A stretch of DNA of 64,000 nt from Pontiella sp. (lineage in GTDB: Bacteria; Verrucomicrobiota; Kiritimatiellia; Kiritimatiellales; Pontiellaceae): the NCBI GenBank assembly GCA_050290185.1, contig JBNKHE010000002.1, positions 224,001-288,000 on the forward strand, in the 5' to 3' direction. Made by a program: the position numbers and the translations under genes. This document shows, piece by piece, positions 40,548 to 51,960 of this stretch. The notes beneath the pieces were generated by a model, which worked only from the letters and a program-made list of their open reading frames with translations, did no database searches and was not told where the DNA came from. Position 1 is the stretch's first letter. Each line of letters opens with the position of its first letter.

Positions 40548-43500
40548 TCAGAACTCATAGACCATGCGGCCGCTGACGGTATAGGCGTCGTAGTCCTTGC
40601 CGAAGCGCCAATCGACATCCAGCCCGAGCGAAAGCTCATCGTGGAACTGTGCGGTCAGGCCGGCGCCCGCCTCCAGCATGTTTTCCTCCGCCGCCGGCAT
40701 GCTGTAATGATACTCGCCGGTACCGCCTACCAGCGAATAGCTGGCCGATTCGGTATCGGTGTCGAACTCATGCAACCAATGCGCGCGAACCTCGGGCTTG
40801 AGGATCATGATATCGAACTCCTGCTGCACCGCCAGCGTCGCGCCAAGGCTCGAGGCAATGCTGGTGCGTTCATACGCATGGACTTCCCGCGGGAGCATTC
40901 CACCCTCGGTATAGGCATTCTGGATGTAGTCGCTCATCAGCACCGAACCCTCCGGCGTCAAAATAACGCGTCCGTTGCGCGAACGGATTTCGCGGCCGCC
41001 GCCCAGATACAGTGCATAGTTGCTGGCCTTGTGGTCCGAGTGAGTGCCGAACATGGTGCCCGATTCGTCCTTGATGCTGCTGCGGCCGATCGCCAGATTG
41101 ATATCGCCAAACCAGTTTCCCGTCCCGAATGAAACATAACCCACGCCATAACCGGTCTTGGCCACACTGTCGTCGCCATCATCCTGGTTGATTACGGAAC
41201 GGGCATAGCCGCCGGCAAAACCAAGCAACACGTCGTCCCGGAGCCAGTCCACACCGACCAGCGTGCCATAGATGTTGTGGTTATAGCCGGCGAATCCGCC
41301 GTGCGCCGAGTGGTCGGCCCAGCTTCCATACGGCTTAACCCAGCCCCGCATACCCTGATCGGCTCGATGCGGACCAGCTGCCCCTTCGGGCATTTCCGCC
41401 GGGCGTCTGGACGTGTGCTTTGTGAGCTCGCCAAGCCCTTCGGCCATGCCCTGAACATGAAGAAAGGACGGAGCACCACGTTCATACTGCTGCCTCAACT
41501 GGGCATTCTGTTCGTCGCCCGGCAGGGTGTTTAGCAGGTTGATCATGTTGTTGGCGTTGTCGTCGCCCAACAGCGACATGTCGTCGATCTCCTTCGACAG
41601 CCGGGCCATCATGGTGCCGTTGGCAAAGCCGGCGCTGTCGGCCAGATACTTGCGACCGGCCAGAGCATAGATACGCTGATCGTTTTCCCAGAAGATCACA
41701 TCGACGAGCGAACCGGAGGCATCGAGTTTTTCAAGATCCAGCGAGTCCGGATTGTCGATGCCGGCCACCACCAGCGCATCGGCTTCGATCAGCTTGTTGG
41801 TATAGAATCGGCCAAACTGAAGCTCGCCCACATTGCTCGCATACTCGATCTGCGCCCCCTCCTCGAACACCGCCGTTCCACCGACGGAGACCAACGCATT
41901 GACCGGCGCGCCCGCCGAATTGGTATCCACGCCGAAGCGCAGCATGGAAGTGGCATCCTGATAATAGTTGCTCGCCACATTGATCCGGCCACCCGGGTCG
42001 AGGCTGACGGTCGAATAGTTCCGGTTGTGCATATCCTCGCCCACCGATACCAATCCACCGTCGGCGACATAAAGGGAGTTTCCTTGACCACCGGCGCTCC
42101 AGTCGTTTTTCCATCCTTCAGCAGTCATGTAGTATAGCAGAGACATGCGTCCCCCCAGCGAAAGGTCGCGATAGACATTTAATTCGGAATTGCTTCCGAC
42201 TACCGAAACCGCATTACTCCAAGCATTGGAGGTTTCGCCTATAACCACGTTCCAGCCGGAAACCAAAGCACCATCCTCTATATCGAGTGTATTGAACGAA
42301 CCCGCATAACCAACCGCCAGATCGCCAAGTGAACCTTCAAGCATATACTGCGTTACCGGATTATAGTTGCCGTTACTGATGGCGATGCTCGAAACGGGGT
42401 TCGTGTAAATGAAGTTGCTTCCCCCCATCACAACCGTTCCGTCGCTTATATTGATCTGGTTGGAATCGGAGATCATAAGTCCCGATCCTCCAGATGTGAT
42501 GGAGCCTGCATTCCCAACAATGATCGTGTTTCCATTCGTAGAATTTGCTGGAGTCCCGAGGATAGGAGCCCGCCCGACTACGATCACACTACCGCTGGAA
42601 CTTCCGCCAGATCCACTCCCGGGAAACGGCGGATAGATAGGATGTAATACTATGCGCCGCGGCACCACGACTCCAACGCCCCACGCACTATCCCGGCCGG
42701 AAACCACAACCCTGTTTCCGACTGCCCCAACCTCATGGCCGATGCTGGCGCCACCTAATGTTTGGGCTACAGCGCCATTAGTGATGATCAAAGAGTTGTT
42801 GGATCCCGCAAAACCAACCTGAAGGCCGCCTTTATTCAACCAATACGATCCCGGCCCATCAACGATCACAGTATTCTCCACCGCCATTGCATCGACCCCA
42901 ATGTAACCGGTGGCATTTTCAACATACCCAAGATTCGTAATTGCAAGCGTGTTTCTTGAGCCCAGATTGCCAACCGTCAGATCACCAAGATTGATCCACT
43001 CCGATCCGCTCCCGGAAACCGCAACCTTGTTGTCCCCGGCATAGGAAGTCTCCCCGATTATGCCGTTATAATTCGTGGCCAATCCGCCAGATTCCATTTC
43101 AAGGATATTGTCCGAACCCATATAACCTACGACCAAGTCGCTGTATATTGATGTTGCGTCTTCTATAGACGTAAGATTAGCGGAGGCACCGTCCGCGATA
43201 ACAAGCTCACCAGATGATCCATCACCCCCAACCAAAAGATATTTTCCTTCCGATAAAACCAATCCGGATTGAACGGCCGACTCAAGGCGTTCCGCCGTCA
43301 ACCCCTGCACCCAAGAGGTGCCTTCGCCCGTTATGACAACCCGATTACTATTGGCAGTTTCTCCATACCCGATGGCACCTCCCATACTAAAGACCTGGCC
43401 ACCATCCCCGATCCGCAACGCATTCCTCGCCCCATTATAACCAACATAAAGGGGGCCCGTGTTTTCCCATTCAGAACCAGATCCCGAAACCGAGACCAAA

Positions 43501-46500
43501 TTGCCCGCGGCCATGTCCTCATAGCCAATATAGCCGTTGTCGCTTTGAACAAAGCCGCTATTCGTGATGGCCAAACCATTATTGGATCCGTCGAAACCCA
43601 CGACCAGCGATCCGGAATTGATCCAGCGTCCACCAGAAACAGCGACTTGGTTATCGCTCGCAGAAGAAGCAAAGCCGATATAGCTATTTGAACTCACTAC
43701 CGCACCGCCATTTTCAACGGTCAGCGAGTTGCCCGCACCATTGTTACCGACGTATAACTCATCGTTGTTCAAAACAGATCCAACACCAGACACCAGGACC
43801 GTGTTGCTGAAGGAAGTTCCGCCGATAATGGTTTCCGCGCTCTCAACCACACCACCGCCTGCGATCACCAGGCTATTGCCAGCGCCATAGCTTCCAATAT
43901 ACAGGCCATCTGAATTCTCCCAAACCGAGTTGGCTCCGGTTACAAGGGCGCTGTTATTGTCAGAGCTGGAGGAGTAGCCGATATATCCTCGGGTATTTTC
44001 AACACGCCCGCCCCCTTCGATCCGCAAGCTATTGCCCGAGCCGCCGAGTCCGACCATCAACTCAGCCCTGTTGTGCCAAACCGAGTTGGTTCCGGTTACG
44101 AGGGCGCTGTTATTACCTGACGCGGCGTCATCGCCGATATACCCCGCATAATCCTCGACACGGCCACCGTCTTCGATGCTCATGCTGTTGCCGGAACCAT
44201 CGGTTCCGATATATAGCGCTCCCGAATTGGTCCAAACCGAACGGTTCCCGTTCACAAGTACACTGTTATGATCTGATCCAGCGGATCTTCCGATATATCC
44301 CGTTGCATTTTCAACATGCCCGCCATCGACGATGGCCAGGCTATTGCTACTCCCATCTCTGCCAACACTCAGATCGTATGAATTGACCCAGACCGAGTTG
44401 CTCCCTGTTACAAGCACGCTGTTATTTCCTGAAGCAGCGTTGTAACCGATATATCCAAAGTTGTTTTCCACTCGGCCGCCATCTGCGATGCTCAAGTCGT
44501 TGTTCGAGCCGGTAAGCCCGACTCTTAGCTCTCCTGCATTGGCCCAAACCGAATTGATTCCCGTCACGAGTACGCTGTTATGATTTGCACCAGCGGAAAA
44601 TCCGATCGTTCCATAGCTGTTTTCAACACGTCCTCCATCGGCAATGGTCAGGCGATTGCTGGAGCCACTATCTCCAACAACCAATGCGTCCGAACTGACC
44701 CATATTGAATTATCCCCAGCCACCCGGACGCTGTTGTTAACGGCGGAAGAGGCCGATCCGATAAATGCCGATTGATCCTCCACGCGCGCGCCATCTTCAA
44801 CAAGCAGTCTGTTGCCGGAGCCCTTGGCCCCAACGATGAACGACCGTGAATTATCCCAAACCGAGTTGAAGCCCGAGACCGTAACCGATCCGCTGTTGTT
44901 TTCACCCCAACCAATAAATCCGTAATCATCCGCCACTATGGATCCGTTCGCTACGAACATTTCCGGAGTTCCACCGGCATCTCCAACCAGCAAGACGCCT
45001 GAATTTGCATAGCTTGATAGACCACTGGTATCGCCATTGCCCACCAGCACCTTCCCTCCTTTTTCGACCATCAGCGAGTTCCCCGTTCCGCCGTCGATCC
45101 AGTTGGTGCCGGAATAATGCCCACCCAGGTAGAGACCTTCGGTGTTTCGCCAGATCGAGCCGTTTCCGCTCACCACTGCGGAATTATTGTCCGCACCAGA
45201 GGCATAGCCGATGTAGCCTGATTCATCCTCCATGCAACCGCCATCAACAGCAGACAGACTATTATAGGAGCCATGCTCTCCAAGCATGAGAATCCCCCTA
45301 TTGACCCATTGTGAACCTTCGCCTGAAATAGTAACCGCGTTACCGGTAGCATTCGGTCCCTTCCCAATATAGCTATTCCTGTTATACACGCGGCCGCCGT
45401 CAGAAACCTCTAAAAGATTATCATCACCAAAACATCCTACATAGAGCTCGTATTTATTGCTCCAAGCCGATCCCGCACCTTGAACAAAAGAACTGCTACC
45501 AGACTCCGTACTTGATCCAACATAGCCGTTTCCGCCGATTACCAGTCCCCCATCGTCAATGACTAGCCTGCTATCTTTTCCATCAACCCGCACATCCGCC
45601 ATGTTTGCTGTAGATCCAACCCCTGTAACATGGATTAAACCTCCATCAGAAACGGAGACAGCACCGCTCTTCAGGCGAGCTCCACGGGCCAGAATCAACG
45701 TACTCCCGTTGTCATCGACAAGCAGGTTGTAAAATCCGTTATTCCATAGCGCAGCGGAACCATTCAAAATCACAGTTCGCTGATCTTTGATTATTGATCC
45801 CATCCCAGTCAGCTCGCCGCCAACCTCCAGCGTACCGCCGGTGTTGAAATTGAAACCGGACATGGAGGCGTTGAAGTTAGTGTTAACGAAAAGGCGGCCG
45901 CCGTCGTTGAGATCGAAGCTGTTGCCGGAATAGATATTGAGATCGATGGCTGCAACGGTGCCGCCGTTTTCAACCTCGACGCGATTGCCGGTTCCACCGG
46001 TGCCGGCCGAGCTACCGCCGATGTAGAGCTCGGGAGACTCAAGCAACGCTCCGCTTCCACTCACAGTGACGGTATTGCTGGACGAAATGGATTGGACGCC
46101 GACATTAACGACGGGCGTATCAACCATACCATCGTCTCCCACCACCAACTGGTTGCCGGAACCATATTCACCGACGTTGATTTCCATGGAGCTGTTCCAA
46201 GTTCCGTTGCTTTGGACGGTAGCTATGTTTCCGTCCGACCCGATCCAGTAGCCGATGGTTCCGGTATCGCTTTCCACCGCACCATCGCTCGCAACCAGCA
46301 GACCATTGGAAGAACCCTGATGCCCAACGTCCAGTCTAGAGGCACTCAACACCGAACCGTTACCGGTAACCGTTGCTTGGTTCCCATCGGAATTGTTGCC
46401 GATGTAGGCATTGGGCGTTGCCACCGTTCCGCCGTCGGCCACCGTCAACGAATTGCTCGCGCCCTGATAACCAACCGACAACTCAATCGAGTTGCTCCAC

Positions 46501-46769
46501 ACTCCGCTACTGCTGACGATGGCCTGGTTATGGGTCGAGCTAGCCGTGTTGCCCAAATAACCGACCTGACTGTTCACCACCCCGCCGTCGACAACCTCCA
46601 ACGTGTTGCTACCCGAATTGGAGCCGACCATCAACCACGGTAGCGGCACATTCCACTGATTGGTTACCGTCTCCGTCGATCCTCCCTCGATTGGGTTCGA
46701 ATAGCCGAATGCAGATGCGCATGCAAAGAGCACAGCACATGGGATTGCGAGTTTATCTTTTCCTATCAT
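40548..46769 (-). CDS. Giant autotransporter with many T5SS/PEP-CTERM-associated-type repeats
   Basis: Signal peptide; many ~49-aa repeats GYIGxxxxxxNNSxLVTGxNSVWxNxxxLxVGxxGSxNxLxIxDGGRV; C-terminal barrel ending YEF. Confidence 0.88.
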   Translation of the reverse strand: MIGKDKLAIPCAVLFACASAFGYSNPIEGGSTETVTNQWNVPLPWLMVGSNSGSNTLEVVDGGVVNSQVGYLGNTASSTHNQAIVSSSGVWSNSIELSVGYQGASNSLTVADGGTVATPNAYIGNNSDGNQATVTGNGSVLSASRLDVGHQGSSNGLLVASDGAVESDTGTIGYWIGSDGNIATVQSNGTWNSSMEINVGEYGSGNQLVVGDDGMVDTPVVNVGVQSISSSNTVTVSGSGALLESPELYIGGSSAGTGGTGNRVEVENGGTVAAIDLNIYSGNSFDLNDGGRLFVNTNFNASMSGFNFNTGGTLEVGGELTGMGSIIKDQRTVILNGSAALWNNGFYNLLVDDNGSTLILARGARLKSGAVSVSDGGLIHVTGVGSTANMADVRVDGKDSRLVIDDGGLVIGGNGYVGSSTESGSSSFVQGAGSAWSNKYELYVGCFGDDNLLEVSDGGRVYNRNSYIGKGPNATGNAVTISGEGSQWVNRGILMLGEHGSYNSLSAVDGGCMEDESGYIGYASGADNNSAVVSGNGSIWRNTEGLYLGGHYSGTNWIDGGTGNSLMVEKGGKVLVGNGDTSGLSSYANSGVLLVGDAGGTPEMFVANGSIVADDYGFIGWGENNSGSVTVSGFNSVWDNSRSFIVGAKGSGNRLLVEDGARVEDQSAFIGSASSAVNNSVRVAGDNSIWVSSDALVVGDSGSSNRLTIADGGRVENSYGTIGFSAGANHNSVLVTGINSVWANAGELRVGLTGSNNDLSIADGGRVENNFGYIGYNAASGNNSVLVTGSNSVWVNSYDLSVGRDGSSNSLAIVDGGHVENATGYIGRSAGSDHNSVLVNGNRSVWTNSGALYIGTDGSGNSMSIEDGGRVEDYAGYIGDDAASGNNSALVTGTNSVWHNRAELMVGLGGSGNSLRIEGGGRVENTRGYIGYSSSSDNNSALVTGANSVWENSDGLYIGSYGAGNSLVIAGGGVVESAETIIGGTSFSNTVLVSGVGSVLNNDELYVGNNGAGNSLTVENGGAVVSSNSYIGFASSASDNQVAVSGGRWINSGSLVVGFDGSNNGLAITNSGFVQSDNGYIGYEDMAAGNLVSVSGSGSEWENTGPLYVGYNGARNALRIGDGGQVFSMGGAIGYGETANSNRVVITGEGTSWVQGLTAERLESAVQSGLVLSEGKYLLVGGDGSSGELVIADGASANLTSIEDATSIYSDLVVGYMGSDNILEMESGGLATNYNGIIGETSYAGDNKVAVSGSGSEWINLGDLTVGNLGSRNTLAITNLGYVENATGYIGVDAMAVENTVIVDGPGSYWLNKGGLQVGFAGSNNSLIITNGAVAQTLGGASIGHEVGAVGNRVVVSGRDSAWGVGVVVPRRIVLHPIYPPFPGSGSGGSSSGSVIVVGRAPILGTPANSTNGNTIIVGNAGSITSGGSGLMISDSNQINISDGTVVMGGSNFIYTNPVSSIAISNGNYNPVTQYMLEGSLGDLAVGYAGSFNTLDIEDGALVSGWNVVIGETSNAWSNAVSVVGSNSELNVYRDLSLGGRMSLLYYMTAEGWKNDWSAGGQGNSLYVADGGLVSVGEDMHNRNYSTVSLDPGGRINVASNYYQDATSMLRFGVDTNSAGAPVNALVSVGGTAVFEEGAQIEYASNVGELQFGRFYTNKLIEADALVVAGIDNPDSLDLEKLDASGSLVDVIFWENDQRIYALAGRKYLADSAGFANGTMMARLSKEIDDMSLLGDDNANNMINLLNTLPGDEQNAQLRQQYERGAPSFLHVQGMAEGLGELTKHTSRRPAEMPEGAAGPHRADQGMRGWVKPYGSWADHSAHGGFAGYNHNIYGTLVGVDWLRDDVLLGFAGGYARSVINQDDGDDSVAKTGYGVGYVSFGTGNWFGDINLAIGRSSIKDESGTMFGTHSDHKASNYALYLGGGREIRSRNGRVILTPEGSVLMSDYIQNAYTEGGMLPREVHAYERTSIASSLGATLAVQQEFDIMILKPEVRAHWLHEFDTDTESASYSLVGGTGEYHYSMPAAEENMLEAGAGLTAQFHDELSLGLDVDWRFGKDYDAYTVSGRMVYEF

Positions 46770-46823
46770 CTCATTTCCCCCTTGAGGATATTCGCCTAAA
46801 TGTTTTCTTCGTCCTTAATTCAT

Positions 46824-49800
46824 TTATTTGAGCTCAACGCCCACCTTGTAGAACCCGCTCTGTTCCACTCGTTCCACCTGATCCGTATAGCTGTTTTGCG
46901 GATAACAAATATTCGTTCCAAGCAATTGAAATGGTGCCGCCAGCGATGGAGCCCAATAAACACTGTAAACACGTCCGGTTACGGAATCCCAATAGATCAC
47001 CATCCGGCCATCGGACAGCGGAACTGCATCGTACATAGCAAAACAGGAATCCGCGGACGTTGGATCGGTACCGGCAATGTACTCATCGATGTTACACACC
47101 CCATCCATGTCGCTGTCCGCATCTTCCGACATTACAGCATTCGGGAAATGCTGTTCCTGCCATTCGGCAAATTCAGGACTCAGAGTCTCCAGCAGCGACG
47201 CGGCCGGCAGCGGCATGATTCCAGAGGTCTCCAGTGAATGCAGTGTTGCCTCGGTGGTATTAAACAGCACCAGCTTAGATTGATCGCCCGAGAACGCCAT
47301 GGCCCGCGAATAAAATGGCAACTCATATACCTCGGCCCCACTGACACCGTCATAGATTCTGGTTTCCGTAACAACGAGGTCTCCATAAGCCGATATAGCA
47401 AAAAACTCCTCATACATCCCGATGCCGAGATTGAGTACCTCATTTAGATTTTCATCATAGATAATGCCGCCCGCGCAAATGCGCGATCCATCGACGCTAA
47501 TTAAAAGATTCCATGCTCCACCGATACTTTTGCGCACCACTTCACTGAATCCACCGCCTGAAACATCATACTTGATAAGCTCATTAGGAGACCAATCTGA
47601 GCAGTGATAGTAGGAAAGCCCATCAAGTGTACACGCTCCATCACCCGCATGGGCAGTGGCAGAACCCAGCTCCACACTGTTGCTCGTACTGAACGCGCTC
47701 AGACGTGAAGAAGAGTAATACTGATTTTCGGTATATACGTGCCCGGCGCGACCTGCAACGATGTGAAAGACATCATTTCGAAGCAACAATGAGTCAAGTT
47801 CCCGTTTGGATGTGCGGTCAAAAACTCGAGTTTCTTCGTACCTATAGTTCGTCACATAGATGCGGTCGTCCTGGTAATGCACTGCCAGATCGGTTCCATT
47901 CGTGCCTGCATCTAGAACCAGTTCAATGCTGTCATTCTGTGTATTATACCAAATTAGTTTCGATCTTCCTGCCGCTCCATTTGAGTCATCTGTGTGCAAC
48001 ATGTACACGTATGGTTTCCCCCAATCGGCCTCCATTTTCACAATGTGCATTTTTTCCACAGAGAGCTTAACCGGAACGGAGAACGACCCGTTTACATCTT
48101 TAAACACCAAATCAGCATCATGGTTCCCCTCGGTAAGACCGGATAGATCCAAACCAAACTCCAGCACATCTGAAGCAATCCCGTTTGTGGCTCCCAGCAC
48201 AACCCAGTCGTTGGTGCAGGATACCGACCATGGCACCGGAGTACCGACCGTACTGTTGATGGCCATATGAACGGTCTGCGTGTAGGTCGCGGCGAGCCCC
48301 TCTACCTCCAGTTCGGAAGGATCAACGACGATCGATGCTGTTTTGAAACTCCAGAGATCACCTTGCTTAAGTTCTCCACTATGGGTGATGGCATCCACAC
48401 GCCAGTAATAGGTTTGGTTCCCGAGCAGTCTGTCCTCAAACAGAGGAACTTTTGTCATTTCGTATCGGCCAAGGTATTCCGCGCTGTCCGAATCAGCCCT
48501 CACCACGGCATTTGAATCGGTTCCAATGTATACGTCGTAAGCGGCTCCACTTACTGCCAGTGTCCATGATATTTCGGACAGGCTGACAGGGCACACTTCT
48601 CCCACACCGGGAGTCGGCATGATGTCTGCCGGGGGAAGCAGCCTGATGGAAACGGTATCCATCGCGCTCAGTGTTGCATCATCCGCATTAAACAACACCA
48701 GTTTTGACTGATCGCCCGAAAACGCCATCACCGTCGAAGAAAACGGCAGGGTGTAGACCTCCTCTCCCGTCACGCCGTCATAAGCCGCGGAATAGGTGAC
48801 CACCATATCGCCATACGCCGAGGCGGCATAGATCTCGGATCCGATATCAAGCAGCTCATTGAGATCCGCATCGAAAACCTTCTTGCCGGAAAAAACACGG
48901 GATCCGTCGAAACTGAGTAACATGACTTTGGAACCGTCGATGTAAACCAGTTTTTCGATGGAGAAGGTATCCCCGGAGACATCGTACTTAATGATCTTAT
49001 CAGCCGTAGTATAACGCTCACAGTGATAAAGATACCGCCCATCAAGTGTGCATTCCGCGTCTCCCTGATAAATGGAATCGGAACTAGCGATACGGGTGCC
49101 CGTGGCTGTGTCATACACAGAATTATATCGAGGATAACTGTATCTTGTTGTATACAACCGCCCGGCTCTTCCCGCATTAATGCGATAAACATCATTATCC
49201 AGCAAAAGCGGTTCGAGTTCCTGTTTTGAATCACGATCGAAAACACGGGATTCCTCTCGATCCAGATTGCTCACATAGATGCGATCTTCGCCGTAGTGAA
49301 CTGTAAGGTCAGTTGCATTTTCGCCGACATTCAACACCTGCTCAATCGTATCGGTATCGGTGTTGTACCAGATCAACCGGGACTTGGTTGGTGCTCCGGA
49401 TGGATCATGAATCATATAAATATAGGGAAGCGTCCAATCCGCCGCCATCTTTACAATTTCCATGCGTTCCACCGATACGGAAACCGGTACCGCTAGCGTC
49501 AAGTCCCCGTCGCTGAAGAGCAGTTCCGAGGCATGGGTGCCGGCTGCAAGAGAGGAGATATCGACACGGAAATCCAGCGACGCAGGTGTTGCGCCGTTCG
49601 TATTTCCCAATAACACCCAGTCATCTCGGCAGCTCACCGTCCAGTTGATCGGCCCGCCTGTCCCGCTGTCAATAGCCACCGAGACTGATTGGGTATAGGA
49701 GGCCTCAACGCCTTCGATGACCACTTCGGGCGGGTCAACAACAAATGAGGTCGTGCGGAAACTCCAGACATCCCCCGCCGAAAGAGCCTCTCCGAACCCG

Positions 49801-51902
49801 ATCGTATCCACGCGCCAGTAATAGGTGGTATTCCCTGCCAACATCCCTTCCTCCAGCGCATAACCGGGCTCGGTCCGACGGCCAAGATAAACTCCGCTGG
49901 TTCTATCGGCATTGGCAACGACATTGGAATCGGTTCCCAGATAAAGGTCATAATACAGCACCACGGGGCCGGCCGACCACATCAGCTCCGGAAGGTTAAT
50001 ACCGACCACTTCTCCATCACGCAGACTGGGAAGCACACCGGGCCTCGGTAATCCGCCGCCAATTGTATCCAGCGGGATAGATTGCAACCCAGCAGTGCTG
50101 GGTTCGAAGCGCAACAGTTTGGATTGATCCTTCGAAAAGGCGGAATATTTACTCGTATAAAGTAGTTCCATAACAGATTCACCGCTCTCGACATTGATGA
50201 TATCCTTTTCCGTTACTGCATACTGGCCATAGAACGACGAGGCGTAGACCTCCTTATCATACCCATGAAAGGCGATTTCTTTGAGATCCGCCGCCTGCCA
50301 AACGGCGCCTATGTTAAAAATGCGCGATCCATCACCGGATAGGACGATATTGGCCGATCCAAAGTTGTGGGTATCAACGCTGACGAGCTTATTGAACGTG
50401 TCTTCCGTGACATCGTACTTGGTGAGCTTGGATCCGGTCGATCCGGAATCGGCCGTATAGTAATAACGACCGTCTGGAGAGCAAGTGCCCCCGCCTTTGC
50501 TGTGGTATATGGATTTCAATAGTTCCTGGGATTCCGTATCCCAAATCTCAAAATAAGTACTATAGTACTCATCGCCTCGCTTCGCATAGATTCTTCCGGG
50601 TTTCCCCGCACTGACGAGTCGAACGGAACTGTTCATTGACATGGGAACCAGCACATCCATTGTGGACCGGTCATAGATGACCGCCTGATCCGGTCGACTC
50701 ACGTAAATCAGGTTTTCGCCATAGTGCACGGTCAAGTCGGACGCGTAGTCCCCGGGATTCACAACCCGCCCAACCGCATCGAAATCCGTGTTATACCAAA
50801 TCAGTTTTGCCCCCGGATCATCAGACCACTGCGGATAATCCGGATCCGGATCCCGATGAAGCATGTAGATGTAGGGCATCTGCCAGTCGGTAACCATCAG
50901 CTTTAGCCGGAGCTTGAAAAGATCGAAATAGGACGACGCCCCGGTATGCCCCTGATTGTCGGAGACCTCCAGCCGTACATTGTTGACCGTCGCGCGATTA
51001 ACGGTCACCGCCCCCTGCCATTGACCGTTCACGAGAGAGATACCGGAACTCGGTGATACAGCCACTGAAGAACCGTTTGACAGTCGCGCGCTCAAGCTGA
51101 CAGCTCCCGAGTAGCTCTCGACCAGCTCTCCATCAATGTTTGCTGCCTCAATGGAAACCAGCAGGGGAACATTGCCCGGCAGGTCGCTCCCCGGGACGGA
51201 GACTGAAAACCCGCTAAACTCGTTGTCGCCGATCGCGATGGAATTCGTGCCGGTAGTGAAGCCGGGGAATTGTGCGGTAACGGTGGGATACTGCCGACCG
51301 TCGGTATCGCTGTCATCCACGACCGTTACGTTGAAAAAGGCATTGGACTGTCCTGCCGGAATGGTCACTGTCATGGGGATCGTAACTTCCGAGGTGTCCG
51401 TCGACTGCAGTAAAATGTGGAGGTCGGTGGCGGCAACGCCATCAAGATAAACCATTCCCGCGTTGGTCAAGGTGCCATGGCCCTCGAAGACGCCGTCCGG
51501 CAGATCTAGAAACAGGGCTTTCAATTCGTTGTCCTGTATGAAGACCGAAGCGCTGCTGCCGGCATATCCATCGGCACTTGCGGTGATGGTCGCGGTTTGG
51601 ATGCCATCCAGCAGGTTGTCGTCAACGACGGACAAACTGAAGGCCGCACTATTTGTGCCTGAGGGGATCGTGACCACCCCTCCAGTAACCTCTGCAGTAT
51701 TATCGGAAACCAGTTCAATCGTCAGATTGCTGGCAACCACCGATGAGACCGCAACCGTCCCCGTGACCTGGCCAGCGCCTTCGTCGATCAACTGCTCCAC
51801 CGACACGTTCAAGGCCGGCAATGCCCCTTGTGCGCATAAACTAATACCAAGAATCGCGGCGGCAAGAAAGCCTCCCGCACCATTCATCTGTGTTACATTC
51901 AT
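46824..51902 (-). CDS. Large secreted repeat protein (Calx-beta-like, 3 beta-propeller-like units, FN3/BACON-like modules, Asp-rich repeat, C-terminal sorting-like domain)
   Basis: Signal peptide; three ~480-aa-spaced units starting MxxDWxxPY(I/V)YM(L/I)H; TYYWRVD..WSF(R/K)T modules; DSDMDG..EYIAGTDP; ends GFYKVGVELK. Fold names are by pattern only. Confidence 0.72.
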   Translation of the reverse strand: MNVTQMNGAGGFLAAAILGISLCAQGALPALNVSVEQLIDEGAGQVTGTVAVSSVVASNLTIELVSDNTAEVTGGVVTIPSGTNSAAFSLSVVDDNLLDGIQTATITASADGYAGSSASVFIQDNELKALFLDLPDGVFEGHGTLTNAGMVYLDGVAATDLHILLQSTDTSEVTIPMTVTIPAGQSNAFFNVTVVDDSDTDGRQYPTVTAQFPGFTTGTNSIAIGDNEFSGFSVSVPGSDLPGNVPLLVSIEAANIDGELVESYSGAVSLSARLSNGSSVAVSPSSGISLVNGQWQGAVTVNRATVNNVRLEVSDNQGHTGASSYFDLFKLRLKLMVTDWQMPYIYMLHRDPDPDYPQWSDDPGAKLIWYNTDFDAVGRVVNPGDYASDLTVHYGENLIYVSRPDQAVIYDRSTMDVLVPMSMNSSVRLVSAGKPGRIYAKRGDEYYSTYFEIWDTESQELLKSIYHSKGGGTCSPDGRYYYTADSGSTGSKLTKYDVTEDTFNKLVSVDTHNFGSANIVLSGDGSRIFNIGAVWQAADLKEIAFHGYDKEVYASSFYGQYAVTEKDIINVESGESVMELLYTSKYSAFSKDQSKLLRFEPSTAGLQSIPLDTIGGGLPRPGVLPSLRDGEVVGINLPELMWSAGPVVLYYDLYLGTDSNVVANADRTSGVYLGRRTEPGYALEEGMLAGNTTYYWRVDTIGFGEALSAGDVWSFRTTSFVVDPPEVVIEGVEASYTQSVSVAIDSGTGGPINWTVSCRDDWVLLGNTNGATPASLDFRVDISSLAAGTHASELLFSDGDLTLAVPVSVSVERMEIVKMAADWTLPYIYMIHDPSGAPTKSRLIWYNTDTDTIEQVLNVGENATDLTVHYGEDRIYVSNLDREESRVFDRDSKQELEPLLLDNDVYRINAGRAGRLYTTRYSYPRYNSVYDTATGTRIASSDSIYQGDAECTLDGRYLYHCERYTTADKIIKYDVSGDTFSIEKLVYIDGSKVMLLSFDGSRVFSGKKVFDADLNELLDIGSEIYAASAYGDMVVTYSAAYDGVTGEEVYTLPFSSTVMAFSGDQSKLVLFNADDATLSAMDTVSIRLLPPADIMPTPGVGEVCPVSLSEISWTLAVSGAAYDVYIGTDSNAVVRADSDSAEYLGRYEMTKVPLFEDRLLGNQTYYWRVDAITHSGELKQGDLWSFKTASIVVDPSELEVEGLAATYTQTVHMAINSTVGTPVPWSVSCTNDWVVLGATNGIASDVLEFGLDLSGLTEGNHDADLVFKDVNGSFSVPVKLSVEKMHIVKMEADWGKPYVYMLHTDDSNGAAGRSKLIWYNTQNDSIELVLDAGTNGTDLAVHYQDDRIYVTNYRYEETRVFDRTSKRELDSLLLRNDVFHIVAGRAGHVYTENQYYSSSRLSAFSTSNSVELGSATAHAGDGACTLDGLSYYHCSDWSPNELIKYDVSGGGFSEVVRKSIGGAWNLLISVDGSRICAGGIIYDENLNEVLNLGIGMYEEFFAISAYGDLVVTETRIYDGVSGAEVYELPFYSRAMAFSGDQSKLVLFNTTEATLHSLETSGIMPLPAASLLETLSPEFAEWQEQHFPNAVMSEDADSDMDGVCNIDEYIAGTDPTSADSCFAMYDAVPLSDGRMVIYWDSVTGRVYSVYWAPSLAAPFQLLGTNICYPQNSYTDQVERVEQSGFYKVGVELK

Positions 51903-51960
51903 TTCCTCTCCCCCTTGCTCGCCAGCTGCAGCACACCCCCATGATCAGGATCCCGACAGG

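Noticed and set aside
43500..45500. Regular ~147-bp periodicity resembling a CRISPR-like array
   Set aside because: These are degenerate in-frame protein repeats of the autotransporter passenger; there are no identical repeats with unique spacers and no cas genes.
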